A model generated the notes under the pieces. It did no database searches. It was not told the origin of the DNA and was given only the letters and a program-made list of their open reading frames with translations. DNA of 42,251 bases from Minisyncoccota bacterium (lineage in GTDB: Bacteria > Patescibacteriota > Minisyncoccia > Phycocordibacterales > PALSA-1337). Both the position numbers and the translations under genes were made by a program. Shown in pieces: positions 7,877 to 16,400 of this stretch. The stretch covers positions 1-42,251 of the forward strand of contig JAGOVB010000004.1 of assembly GCA_018060945.1 (NCBI GenBank). The letters run 5' to 3'. The first letter of the stretch is position 1, and the number at the start of each line of letters is the position of its first letter.

Positions 7877-10121
7877 GATTTATATTTTGAATAATATTTT
7901 TAATCTGTTCATTGATACCATTTTGCATGTCTTTAAACAGTCGTAATCCTTCCTTCTTATATTCTACCAGAGGATCGCGTTGTCCGTATGCACGCAAATT
8001 CACACTTGAACGTGTATAGTCCATCGCTTCTAGATGATCCATCCAAAACATATCGATTGTCCGGAGCATAAGCTGTCGTACCTGGTCATAATCATATTCT
8101 TTTTCAACAGGCATAATCTCTTCTAGTTTTGCTTTTACTACATCTCTATCTCCCAACAAGATACTGAGACGTCGCTCATAAACTGATTTTCTTTGGGTAT
8201 TCAACACATCATCGTATTCCAAAATATGCTTACGAGAATCAAAGTTGTGACCTTCGATCTTTGTTTGAGCACTTTCCAATGAGCGAGTGATGAGTTTATT
8301 CTCGATCGGTTCGTCATCTTTTACACCGAGGCGTCCCATGAGAGACTTGATTGAATCTCCAGCAAATACACGCATGAGTGGATCTTCGAGTGAAACAAAG
8401 AACTGCGTAGCCCCAGGATCCCCCTGTCGTCCAGCTCGTCCTCGGAGCTGATTGTCGATGCGTCGCGCTTCGTGACGCTCAGTCCCCAATACAAACAACC
8501 CGCCATAACTTTTTATTTCTTCATACAATTCCTTTGAACCTGGATTACCCCCAAGTTTGATATCTACCCCTCGTCCAGCCATGTTTGTTGCAATAGTGAC
8601 CGCACCTTTTTTACCTGCCTGTGCGATGATCTCTCCTTCACGCTCATGGTTCTTTGCATTCAACAGCTCATGCTGAACACCTTCGAGCTTCAAGTACTCT
8701 GAAAGCATTTCATTTTTTTCAATTGAAACTGTACCGATGAGAACTGGCTGACCTTTTTTACTAATCTCTTTTACAGTGCGAGCTATCGCTTTCATTTTTC
8801 CAGCTTCAGTTTTGAAAATCTGATCATTCAAATCCTTTCGATTGATCGTACGATTAGTCGGAACTACATATGTTTCTATACCATATACCTTGTAGAACTC
8901 CTCTTTAGAAGTTTCTGCTGTTCCTGTCATACCTGAAAGCTTTTTGTATAGTCGGAAATAGTTTTGGAAAGTGATAGATGCGAGCGTACGGCTCTCTTTC
9001 TGGACTGGTACACCTTCTTTTGCCTCTATGGCCTGGTGTAGCCCTTCTGACCAACGTCGGCCTGGCTGCATGCGTCCAGTAAATGAGTCCACAATGATAA
9101 TCTCATTGTCTTTCACAACGTATTCATCATCGCGTATATATAGAGCTTTTGCTTTTACGGCATTTTCTAGATGATGCACATATTTAATACCTTTGTCAGT
9201 GTAAATATTTCCAACACCAAGTTTCTTTTCTGCTTTTTCGATACCTGCATTGGTGATCTGAATTGCTTTTAATTTTTCGTCGACAGTATAGTCGACATCT
9301 TTTTCAAAACTCTTTACGATACCTGCAAATATTTTATACAAATTTTCTGATTCTTTTGTCGGTGCAGAAATGATGAGTGGTGTTCGAGCTTCGTCGATCA
9401 AGATAGAGTCGATCTCGTCTACGACTGCATAGTTAAAAGGTCGCTGGCGTAGTGCCTGACCAGTGTACTCGAGATTGTCACGGAGATAGTCAAAACCAAA
9501 TTCGTTGTTTGTCCCGTATGTGATATCTGCATCGTACGCTTCTTTACGGGTGATCGGTCTCAAAAATTCATGGAAAACGTGAAATGACCCGGTAGCATCA
9601 CGCTCTTTGTCGAGCTCAACATGTTTTGGATCGTATGTGTATGAAGTCTCATGATTGATTACAGCAATCGAGAGTCCAAGGAATGCATAAATCTGCCCCA
9701 TCCACACAGCATCTCTGCGTGAAAGATAGTCGTTTACGGTGACCACATGTACTCCTTTTCCAGTGAGTGCGTTTAGATACACAGGTAGTGTAGCAACGAG
9801 TGTCTTTCCTTCTCCTGTTCGCATTTCTGCGATAGCCCCGCTATGCAAAATCATCCCTCCGATGAGTTGCACATCAAAATGTCGCTGACCAAGCGTACGT
9901 CGTGATGCCTCACGAACCACTGCAAATGCTTCAGGTAAAATATCATCAAAAGTCTTCCCTTTTGCTAATTGGTCTTTGAACTCTACGGTCTTTGCTTTGA
10001 GGGCTTCGTCAGATAAAGCTTTTACGCTTTCTTCTAAAGCATTGATAGCGAGAACAGTTTTCTGGTGCTTTTTAATCTCCTTATCGTTTGCACTAGGGAA
10101 TATCGTGTTAAGCCATTTCAT
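7857..10121 (-). CDS. secA: Preprotein translocase ATPase SecA, compact (754 aa)
   Basis: AEMRTGEGKT, VDEIDSILIDEARTPLIIS, TNMAGRGVDI, QLRGRAGRQGDPG, AYGQRDPLVEYK. Confidence 0.98.
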   Translation of the reverse strand: MKWLNTIFPSANDKEIKKHQKTVLAINALEESVKALSDEALKAKTVEFKDQLAKGKTFDDILPEAFAVVREASRRTLGQRHFDVQLIGGMILHSGAIAEMRTGEGKTLVATLPVYLNALTGKGVHVVTVNDYLSRRDAVWMGQIYAFLGLSIAVINHETSYTYDPKHVELDKERDATGSFHVFHEFLRPITRKEAYDADITYGTNNEFGFDYLRDNLEYTGQALRQRPFNYAVVDEIDSILIDEARTPLIISAPTKESENLYKIFAGIVKSFEKDVDYTVDEKLKAIQITNAGIEKAEKKLGVGNIYTDKGIKYVHHLENAVKAKALYIRDDEYVVKDNEIIIVDSFTGRMQPGRRWSEGLHQAIEAKEGVPVQKESRTLASITFQNYFRLYKKLSGMTGTAETSKEEFYKVYGIETYVVPTNRTINRKDLNDQIFKTEAGKMKAIARTVKEISKKGQPVLIGTVSIEKNEMLSEYLKLEGVQHELLNAKNHEREGEIIAQAGKKGAVTIATNMAGRGVDIKLGGNPGSKELYEEIKSYGGLFVLGTERHEARRIDNQLRGRAGRQGDPGATQFFVSLEDPLMRVFAGDSIKSLMGRLGVKDDEPIENKLITRSLESAQTKIEGHNFDSRKHILEYDDVLNTQRKSVYERRLSILLGDRDVVKAKLEEIMPVEKEYDYDQVRQLMLRTIDMFWMDHLEAMDYTRSSVNLRAYGQRDPLVEYKKEGLRLFKDMQNGINEQIKNIIQNINHGTPQQ

Positions 10122-10160
10122 AGGAGCTTATAGTAGCATTTTTAGGCCTAAAAAACAAAG

Positions 10161-11075
10161 CTAAACGATGCTTTCTACTTCTCTTTCGATCGTGAGCCCA
10201 GTCTTTTCAAAGACTACACCTTCTATCTTTTTTGCAAAGTCATCCACCTCTTTTGCACTTGCTCCGCCATGGTTTACGATTACTAGTGCCTGGTTCTTGT
10301 AGGTACCTACATTTCCGATTTTAAAATCTTTCATCCCACAAATTTTATCGATGATGAATGCAAGAGAGACTTTTTCTGTTTTTTCATCTACTGGATACTT
10401 TGGTAAATCTGGATAGTTTATCGAACCTATTGGTACGATTGGATTTTTGAAAAAAGAGCCAGCGGTTCCTAAGATATGCCAGTCAGGCAGTTTTTCTTTT
10501 CGGATCTTGATCACTGCGTCACGAATCTCTTGTGGTGTTTTTAAACCCTCTAGTCCTTTGTAACTCGTATTTATCTCATTTGTAAAATTGAACTCAACAT
10601 GAGTGATGATCCACTGTTTTTCTCTTTTAAAAATACTGTTGCGATAGCTAAACTGGCACTCTTCTTTTGTAAAAATACGTTCTTCGAGTGTGTCAGCATT
10701 GAGGGTATGCACCTTTTCGATTCTGTCTTTGACCTCGACACCATATGCTCCGATATTTTGAACAGGTGCAGCACCGATAGTCCCTGGGATATATGAAAGA
10801 TTTTCTAGTCCATACTTGCCTTCGGCAACACACTTTGCGACAAAATCATCCCAGTTATCGCCGGCATTGCTGATATTCATCTTTATAACTAAACCATCAT
10901 AGTCACCCATCAAGATATTTGAGCCACCGCCGAGGATAAAAAACTTTTTATTTGCTTTCAAAGCTTCTTTTAATTCTTCCACAGTACTAACCTCGCAAAA
11001 AAACCGTGCAGTTCCGCCGGTCTTGAATGTCGTATATGGGATGAGCGAAACGTTTTCTTGAATTTTTATACTCAT
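10161..11075 (-). CDS. murB: UDP-N-acetylmuramate dehydrogenase
   Basis: LGGGSNIL, IPGTIGAAPVQNIGAYG, FSYRNSIFK, AGSFFKNP, LVIVNHGGA. Confidence 0.96.
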   Translation of the reverse strand: MSIKIQENVSLIPYTTFKTGGTARFFCEVSTVEELKEALKANKKFFILGGGSNILMGDYDGLVIKMNISNAGDNWDDFVAKCVAEGKYGLENLSYIPGTIGAAPVQNIGAYGVEVKDRIEKVHTLNADTLEERIFTKEECQFSYRNSIFKREKQWIITHVEFNFTNEINTSYKGLEGLKTPQEIRDAVIKIRKEKLPDWHILGTAGSFFKNPIVPIGSINYPDLPKYPVDEKTEKVSLAFIIDKICGMKDFKIGNVGTYKNQALVIVNHGGASAKEVDDFAKKIEGVVFEKTGLTIEREVESIV

Positions 11076-11140
11076 TGATGGCCGTCGGGTGTGAGCTCCA
11101 AATAATGTCTAATTAAAATGTGAGTACAGCCGACAGCCAT
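11072..11140 (-). CDS. Candidate 22-aa leader peptide (uORF) MAVGCTHILIRHYLELTPDGHQ
   Basis: ATG at 11140; its TGA overlaps the murB ATG as ATGA. It lies entirely within the leader hairpin. No homology evidence. Confidence 0.3.
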   Translation of the reverse strand: MAVGCTHILIRHYLELTPDGHQ

Positions 11141-11141
11141 C
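11077..11141 (-). promoter_or_regulatory. Long leader hairpin abutting the murB start codon
   Basis: Minus strand GATGGCTGTCGG (11141-11130) pairs with CCGACGGCCATC (11088-11077): 12 bp with one G-U that favours the minus strand. The stem ends 1 nt before the ATG. Confidence 0.7.
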
Positions 11142-11159
11142 GATAAGTACAACAAAAAT

Positions 11160-11168
11160 AGTATACCA
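11160..11168 (-). promoter_or_regulatory. Extended -10 promoter for murB
   Basis: TGGTATACT on the minus strand, just downstream of a terminator. Confidence 0.55.
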
Positions 11169-11186
11169 TATACCGAAACGCTGCCC

Positions 11187-11265
11187 AAAAATGCAAAGTC
11201 CCGCCGAGACGGGACGCTTGCATAGACATTATTACTTGGGCTCAACAGATTGTTGTGCTCACACC
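11187..11265 (-). ncRNA. Candidate ~80 nt small RNA with an intrinsic terminator
   Basis: TATAAT at 11276-11271; internal hairpin CAACA-ATC-TGTTG; terminator ATGCAA-GC-GTCCCG-TCTCGG-CGGGAC-T-TTGCAT then TTTT; no ORF; complementary to the murB leader. Confidence 0.55.
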
Positions 11266-11282
11266 AAGATATTATACACCCA

Positions 11283-13160
11283 CTATTTGTTTTGTATAGG
11301 GTTTTTCTTTATGTAATCTATCACAAAACCGTATAGCTTCTGCGCCTCTGGATAGTTTGGGTCTAGATCAAGTGCTTTTTTTGCATTATCGAGCCCACTT
11401 TTATAATCATTTTTATTTAACCCATTGATTGAAAGCTCGAGCAATGGTAACTGCTTGTTTGGGGTGAGTTCATGAGCTTTTTGGAGCAATGGTGACGCTA
11501 GATCAAAAGCACCCATATGATTGTAAAATGACCCACCAAATAGATATCCTCGAGCATCGAGTGGTGCGTACTGTATCTGTTGAGTGATAGCTTGCTGAGC
11601 GAGGATAAAGAAGTCTTGTTTGATTTCTTTTACATCAGTTTTTTTGATAGTACCCTCTGCATTTTGAATAATTTGTTCACGAGCCTCTTGAGAACCCGTC
11701 ACATTGTATGACATAGCTTTCAAATACATCTCGATATTCTTTTTGTACCCTTCTGGGTGCTGACGGAATCCATCGATAATAGCAGTTCCCACACGAATAG
11801 GGACAATACTAGTAAAGTACAGCAAGGCTCCTGAAATAATGATAATTATTGGGGTGACGATAAGATCGCGTACGTCGATATTTATCGTGTATTTATTTAT
11901 ATACTCTTTTGCAGTCTGTGTGTGAAGAAAAGCGAGAAGACTAAAGAAAAGAATGTAGCTTGAGATATTGTCGAACACCGTCATGTTGTGAACTGCATAA
12001 GCTGCTAGTATTCCAACTAATACTGCTTTTTCTTTTAGAGTAAAATCTCCTTTCCATATAGCTCGCAATGCGAGGATGTAGAGTAAAATGTATGCCAAGA
12101 ATCCGAGTAGCCCAGCTGCGATAAACCAGTCGAGGAACACATTGTGTGCTCGATCAAACCACGCCTCTTCTGTCCACATTTTTGGATTGTAGAACTTGTT
12201 AAAGACATAGTTGAAACCATCCTGACCGTATCCAAGAATAGGTTTTTCTTTTATACCCTCTATCGCAATCGGCCAAATATATTTTGCACGCGGATTATCT
12301 AGAAGCTTTTTTACAGAAAGACTCTGTGCTACGCGATTTAGTGTATTGCTATTTTTAACAAAACTAGTTTCTTGTGCAATATATAGTGTTGTCACTGAGA
12401 CAACTACTAACGCGATCACCGCGAACGCTATTCTTCTACCCACGAGGTCTCCTTTGGCCTTCCATGCATAGAGCACTGAAGCGATAAAGAGTCCCACGCC
12501 GATACCGATGATTGTTCCTCGTGTCGCTGTCTTGTAAATGATAAATAATTGCAAAAGAATAACAATACTGTATGTCATATGTGCCCAGACATGTTTACTT
12601 CGCTCTATCCAGACATACAAAGCCAAGCCTATGCTCAAGAGCATATACACCGCAAGATACGCAGCATTTCCCAAAGTTCCGTCGAGTCGATCAGACCCTT
12701 GGCGAATATCGATCGCTCCACCCAACTGGAAGAGTCCATATATGGCGATGATTACTGATACTCCGATAGATGTATTCATCCAGTGATACCAATATTTTTT
12801 TATCATTATTCCTGACGCGACAAAGAAATACATCCAAAGATGAAGGATCATAAAGAATCCTTCCATACGCTCAAAGTTTGACCAAAAGCTCTTGTGAGGA
12901 TTGATACCAAATGAATCTGCTAAGAATGCAACTGTCAGTAAACCAAAAACTGCGAGAGAAATCCAAGATTTCTTTGGACGATACTCTGGATCCCTAACTG
13001 CAAGGATGAGATAAGTAGCAAAAATAATATCGACTACAATTCTAAAGAAAAAAGCTTTTCCAGTGATGAATGGAAAAAGTAAAGATGAAGATATGATAAG
13101 CGGTGTAAAAGGTACTAAAAAAATCCCCGCAATCGTCACCCATTTAAGTATTTTATTCAT
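11283..13160 (-). CDS. O-antigen ligase-like (Wzy_C) membrane oligosaccharyltransferase with C-terminal TPRs
   Basis: About 12 TMs; RLDGTLGNAAYLA, TATRGT, GYGQDGF, RAHNVFLD; TPR-like AKKALDLDPNYPEA. Confidence 0.88.
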   Translation of the reverse strand: MNKILKWVTIAGIFLVPFTPLIISSSLLFPFITGKAFFFRIVVDIIFATYLILAVRDPEYRPKKSWISLAVFGLLTVAFLADSFGINPHKSFWSNFERMEGFFMILHLWMYFFVASGIMIKKYWYHWMNTSIGVSVIIAIYGLFQLGGAIDIRQGSDRLDGTLGNAAYLAVYMLLSIGLALYVWIERSKHVWAHMTYSIVILLQLFIIYKTATRGTIIGIGVGLFIASVLYAWKAKGDLVGRRIAFAVIALVVVSVTTLYIAQETSFVKNSNTLNRVAQSLSVKKLLDNPRAKYIWPIAIEGIKEKPILGYGQDGFNYVFNKFYNPKMWTEEAWFDRAHNVFLDWFIAAGLLGFLAYILLYILALRAIWKGDFTLKEKAVLVGILAAYAVHNMTVFDNISSYILFFSLLAFLHTQTAKEYINKYTINIDVRDLIVTPIIIIISGALLYFTSIVPIRVGTAIIDGFRQHPEGYKKNIEMYLKAMSYNVTGSQEAREQIIQNAEGTIKKTDVKEIKQDFFILAQQAITQQIQYAPLDARGYLFGGSFYNHMGAFDLASPLLQKAHELTPNKQLPLLELSINGLNKNDYKSGLDNAKKALDLDPNYPEAQKLYGFVIDYIKKNPIQNK

Positions 13161-13168
13161 AGAAGGTA

Positions 13169-14113
13169 TTATACTATATTCTTTTTTAATTTTTCAGCCA
13201 TAAACACGTCAGTATCTCTTCGAGATTCATGGGTCATCCCCCCAATATGTGGCACGATGAGGAGATTTCGATTTTTCTTGGCGTATTCGGCAAGTGGATG
13301 ACTGCCAATCTTTGTACCCGCAAAACTAGTCTCGCCGTCGAGTACGTCAGTAGCGTATCCAGCAATTATTTTCTTTTCGAGTGCGTCGATCAAATCTGTC
13401 TCATTTACGAGCTTTCCTCGTGAAGTATTTACGAGGTATGCGTTCGGCTTCATTTTTGAAAATGTAGCTGCATTGAACATATACTCCGTTTCTGGAGTGA
13501 GGTGCACGTGAATAGAGATGACATCACTCTGTGCGAGTAATTCTGCGAAGCTTACTTTTTTGTACGTATCTGACTCCACATTTGGATCAGTAAAAATCAC
13601 CTTCTTGCCCATGGCCTGACCATAGCGCGCCATCCATTTTCCCAATCGGCCCAAGCCAACCACTCCCAAGGTTTTTCCATGAAGCGAGTGTCCTTTGAAA
13701 CTTTCTCGATCCCATTCCCCTTTCAAAACAGCCTCAATTGACTGAGGAATATTGCGAGCTATAGAAATCATCAGGGCCAATGCTAATTCGGCGGTACCTG
13801 TAATTGTATTTAAAAATGCGTCTTCACCTTTTAGGCTCAAAACTTTTATCCCTTTTTGTTCTGCATATTTTACATCGATATGGTCGAGACCAGTGGTTGC
13901 AGTCACAATCGTTTTTAGCTTTGGTGCAGCGTCGATAACTTGAGGGTGAAAAGTAAGTCCAAGTCCAATAAAAGCGATGTCATAGTCTTTTATTTTATTT
14001 ACCAGCTCTTCCTGGGTCGGAATAGTATAGTCAACTGTTCCTAAGGTATCTAGGATTTCTTTTGCTGCTGGGTCAAACGCTTCACCGATTGTATTGAGGA
14101 TGCGATATGTCAT
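13169..14113 (-). CDS. D-2-hydroxyacid dehydrogenase (PGDH-like, no ACT domain); probable start MTYRILN at 14113
   Basis: TGLDHID, GLGRLG, NTSRG, DVLDGE, PHIGG. The 5' extension in the ORF track crosses a terminator. Confidence 0.88.
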   Translation of the reverse strand: MTYRILNTIGEAFDPAAKEILDTLGTVDYTIPTQEELVNKIKDYDIAFIGLGLTFHPQVIDAAPKLKTIVTATTGLDHIDVKYAEQKGIKVLSLKGEDAFLNTITGTAELALALMISIARNIPQSIEAVLKGEWDRESFKGHSLHGKTLGVVGLGRLGKWMARYGQAMGKKVIFTDPNVESDTYKKVSFAELLAQSDVISIHVHLTPETEYMFNAATFSKMKPNAYLVNTSRGKLVNETDLIDALEKKIIAGYATDVLDGETSFAGTKIGSHPLAEYAKKNRNLLIVPHIGGMTHESRRDTDVFMAEKLKKNIV

Positions 14114-14148
14114 AGAGTTATTATCTATTAAATCCAAAAAAAGGCAAG

Positions 14149-14173
14149 AAAAAAGCCCCGCACATTGCAGGGC
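14149..14173 (-). terminator. Intrinsic terminator of the GC-rich GT-B gene
   Basis: GCCCTGCA-ATG-TGCGGGGC followed by TTTTTT. Confidence 0.8.
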
Positions 14174-14197
14174 CTGCGCCATCCATGAAAGATGGTA

Positions 14198-15190
14198 TTA
14201 CTTGATGATCTCTTTGATCATCTTCCGGACCGCTTCGCCGGGCTCTACCGGCGACTGGAAAAACTCGAGCGCCCGATCGGAATAGGGCGCGTAGTCGATC
14301 TTCGCCAGACTCCCCGAGAAGTCCTCGGACAGAGGGCACGAAATCCTCTCAGTGCAGAGTGGCCATTCGTCGCTACCGGTTGCATCCTTGAGACGGGTCT
14401 TTGCCGCCGGTGAAAACCAGGTAAAGACCGGAATGCGCTGGCATGCCGCCTCGATGCCGATACCGGAAGCAGACTCCAGAACCCAATCGACACCGGGAAG
14501 AATGTTCGACCCAGACATGGCAGACGCGGAGATGAGCCGAGTATGCATGCCTGTGCCGACGGCATCCTCATAGGTCTCCACCAAGTTTTTGTCTCCAGGA
14601 TGGAGCGAGATCAGGGCAACAGCGTCACTCAAACGAGCGATCTCAGCCGCCTTCTTGAAATGCAAGAGGTTGACCTCCAGCGACTTTCCGCCGGGGACGA
14701 GGATGAGTTTCTGGTCATTGTCATAGTCCAGAGCGGTGCGAGCTTCTGCCCGTGTCTTCTTGGGATAGAAGAACGTCTCCCACATCGGATTACCGGTGGC
14801 GACGACCCGTGTCGATGTCAGGACTCGCCGAGCATCCCTAGCCTGTGCATCAGAGATGTGGAGCAGAGTAGCCCCTGGCATTAATCCCTGCAACCAGGGC
14901 CGATTGTGGACGCCGAACGTGTCAGCAAAAAAGATAACCCGCACGCGGTATACCATCGCCTGTTTGACAGCTTGAATCTCCACAGCTGCCAACTCGGCCG
15001 AAGAGGACATGCCAACGATGAGCACCTGCGAGCTGATGATCGCTTTGACGTGATCAGCGTTGTTTCCTGGCATTTCCTTGCCTTGGGCGAGGAATCTTAA
15101 GGTGGTGTGACCGGCCACTTCGAGAGCGGTCGCGAGAAGTTGTAGCGCCTGTGAGGGAGCCACGTCCTGTGCGATAAGAGTAATTTGCAT
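14198..15190 (-). CDS. GT-B fold protein (UDP-GlcNAc 2-epimerase/TagF-like superfamily), GC-rich; probable start MQITLIAQD at 15190
   Basis: VATGNPMW, ILVPGGK, SLHPGD, SGIGIEAACQRIPV. Predicted promoter lies at 15229-15257, so the upstream GTG start is unlikely. Confidence 0.7.
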   Translation of the reverse strand: MQITLIAQDVAPSQALQLLATALEVAGHTTLRFLAQGKEMPGNNADHVKAIISSQVLIVGMSSSAELAAVEIQAVKQAMVYRVRVIFFADTFGVHNRPWLQGLMPGATLLHISDAQARDARRVLTSTRVVATGNPMWETFFYPKKTRAEARTALDYDNDQKLILVPGGKSLEVNLLHFKKAAEIARLSDAVALISLHPGDKNLVETYEDAVGTGMHTRLISASAMSGSNILPGVDWVLESASGIGIEAACQRIPVFTWFSPAAKTRLKDATGSDEWPLCTERISCPLSEDFSGSLAKIDYAPYSDRALEFFQSPVEPGEAVRKMIKEIIK

Positions 15191-15208
15191 GTTGTATGTA
15201 GTGTACTT

Positions 15209-15257
15209 ACGCAACGTTGCGTGGCAAAACACTATCACGATTATCCATGTGAGTCAA
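15209..15257 (-). promoter_or_regulatory. Sigma70 promoter with a perfect 14-bp palindrome at the start site
   Basis: TTGACT (15257-15252), 17 bp, TAGTGT (15234-15229); ACGCAACGTTGCGT at 15209-15222. Confidence 0.7.
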
Positions 15258-15259
15258 TA

Positions 15260-15703
15260 TTAGACCTTTGGGACTTTTATGATTGCGAGACGTGCCTTGC
15301 CAGTGGTTTTATGCTGATGTGGTTCCCCTGCTGGTATCCATAGCCAATCACCTTGTTTCAAAACAACCTCAGTTCCTCCTTTTATTTCTTTTGCTTTCCA
15401 TTCCCTATCATCAGTACTACCGTCTGCATTCTTTTTTACCCATGGATCTACCATCTCTCCACCGTATATAAAAGTTACTTCACCATCGAGGCATAGCCAC
15501 AGATCAGCTTCGTGTCTGTGGATTTCTGCTTCATTTGAAATATTTACATCTTCTAAAATATTGAGTGGGACTTTTCCCTCGAGTGATAGAGCACGGAGTG
15601 GTTCCAATAATTTTTTAACGGGAGATTCTGAATACGAAGTATTTAGTGTTTCGTCTATTACTGATTTTTTAATATAGACGCATTTATTAGAATTCATATC
15701 CAT
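15260..15703 (-). CDS. Cupin-fold protein
   Basis: Metal-binding cupin motifs EIHRHEADLWLCLDG and GDWLWIPAGEPH; overlaps the neuA stop. Confidence 0.85.
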   Translation of the reverse strand: MDMNSNKCVYIKKSVIDETLNTSYSESPVKKLLEPLRALSLEGKVPLNILEDVNISNEAEIHRHEADLWLCLDGEVTFIYGGEMVDPWVKKNADGSTDDREWKAKEIKGGTEVVLKQGDWLWIPAGEPHQHKTTGKARLAIIKVPKV

Positions 15704-16400
15704 TCTTTTTTAGTTCTTGTAACATATGTTCTGCTTCGATCCAGTCGAGTGGGTAGTCTATGTCTACTGAGCGCTCTTTTGGAACAACATGACCTGTTAC
15801 AAAATCTCCATACAGTCGATTGTCTTTCATGATGAGGTCACGACGCATTGCATAGACAGCACCGCTGCGACGATACACAGTAGGCAAATCTTGTCGTCGA
15901 GTCCCCTCTTCTTCAGGAATAGAATATGCTATGACGTTGTCACCTTCTATCTTTTTCATTTTGATAGGATGGGCACTGCTCGGAACTTGGACAAGTGAAA
16001 CTGAACTGTCTGCTTTTGTATCAATCAACTTTTGAATAGTTCCATCTAGGTCATCGACTGTTCGGAATGGTGAAGTTGGCTGGAGAATGACCACATGGTC
16101 GACTATTATATTTCGTGCTTTCTCATAAAAATCAATTGCGTGCTGCATCACAGGCAGATGTGGTGTCCCATCAGCCGCCAGTTCTTTTGGACGCATAAAA
16201 GGAACGTCTGCACCATATTTTTTACACACTTCAGCGATCTCGACGTCGTCAGTTGAGACGATGAGGTGATTCATCAATTTACTTTTCTTTGCTACATCGA
16301 TAGTGTATGCGATGAGCGGTTTGTCACCGAGCATCTTTATATTTTTCCCTGGTATTCCTTTTGATCCGCCGCGAGCGGTAATGACGCCTAGAATATTCAT
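15687..16400 (-). CDS. neuA: CMP-nonulosonate (acylneuraminate) cytidylyltransferase
   Basis: ITARGGSKGIPGKNI, VSTDD, LQPTSPFR, RRQDL, SVDID. Confidence 0.93.
   Translation of the reverse strand: MNILGVITARGGSKGIPGKNIKMLGDKPLIAYTIDVAKKSKLMNHLIVSTDDVEIAEVCKKYGADVPFMRPKELAADGTPHLPVMQHAIDFYEKARNIIVDHVVILQPTSPFRTVDDLDGTIQKLIDTKADSSVSLVQVPSSAHPIKMKKIEGDNVIAYSIPEEEGTRRQDLPTVYRRSGAVYAMRRDLIMKDNRLYGDFVTGHVVPKERSVDIDYPLDWIEAEHMLQELKKNGYEF

Noticed and set aside
11187-11265. Known riboswitch (preQ1-II, fluoride, SAM) or SRP RNA
   Set aside because: Only a superficial CUUGG/CCAAG resemblance; the diagnostic conserved nucleotides are absent by eye. An Infernal search would settle it.
11088-11265. 6S RNA formed by the whole ~180 nt region
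   Set aside because: The ends could pair, but an internal terminator and a second promoter interrupt it and no rod with a central bubble is evident.
14121-15100. Several 60-113 aa overlapping ORFs in alternative frames
   Set aside because: Expected from the scarcity of stop codons in a GC-rich gene; no protein-like signal.
13169-15238. Track start sites at 14182 and 15238 (also 24643, 29041, 35884, 41376, 42229)
   Set aside because: These 5' extensions overlap terminators, promoters or neighbouring genes; downstream ATGs fit better. For rsmI the frame continues beyond the window.
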